DNA of 64,000 nucleotides from Prorocentrum cordatum (Eukaryota). The stretch lies in assembly GCA_963575745.1 (NCBI GenBank), contig CAUYUJ010000220.1:1-64000 (forward strand), given 5' to 3'. Positions 63,809-64,000 of the stretch are shown piece after piece. A program made the position numbers and the translations under genes. How positions within the stretch are numbered: the stretch's first letter is position 1; each line of letters begins with the position of its first letter. The notes beneath the pieces were generated by a model, which did not search any database, had not been told where the DNA came from, and was given only the letters and a program-made list of their open reading frames with translations.

Positions 63809-64000
63809 TGTACGCGCGCTTCGCGCGCACTTCGGTTCTAGCCGGCTCCGAAGACGGTATTAGCAGGCACGGGTCCGAGTCTGTGGCGTTCCCCCAAAGA
63901 CCCGCAGAATCTATCACCCGAACCCCAACACCCTAGACGGAACAATTGAACCCGAACGCCCGAATACCCGCACACCGTCACCCGAACCCCAACTCCTAAA

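Noticed and set aside
1..64000. tRNA, rRNA, SL RNA genes, or prokaryotic operons and defence systems
   Set aside because: None was recognisable. The SL matches are degenerate and lie 5' of genes or elements, which fits relics rather than SL RNA genes.

Overview
This is GC-rich, repeat-laden eukaryotic genomic DNA, most likely from a dinoflagellate. The evidence is three degenerate copies of the 22-nt dinoflagellate spliced leader (DCCGTAGCCATTTTGGCTCAAG), GC/GA splice donors with AG|G acceptors, and all well-supported genes lying on one (minus) strand. Most ORF-track entries are artefacts of GC content and microsatellites. Supported content: (1) a 3-exon, ~1160-aa protein of unknown function with a CxxC...CxxC motif (11856-6867); (2) a 4-exon, ~1540-aa DDE/CxxH transposase-like protein with an HMG-box-like segment, preceded by an SL relic (32468-21993), with two ORFs nested in one intron; (3) a decayed APE-RT LINE (~39.8-41.8 kb) with an SL relic upstream; (4) a triose-phosphate/SLC35E-type transporter gene (48049-44205, 3' end not found) that carries an SL relic and whose introns 1-4 look like inverted-repeat transposon insertions, two with no canonical splice ends at the clean in-frame join; (5) two MITE families, a fold-back hairpin element, satellites and microsatellites. 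Exon boundaries were inferred by eye and need RNA-seq confirmation.
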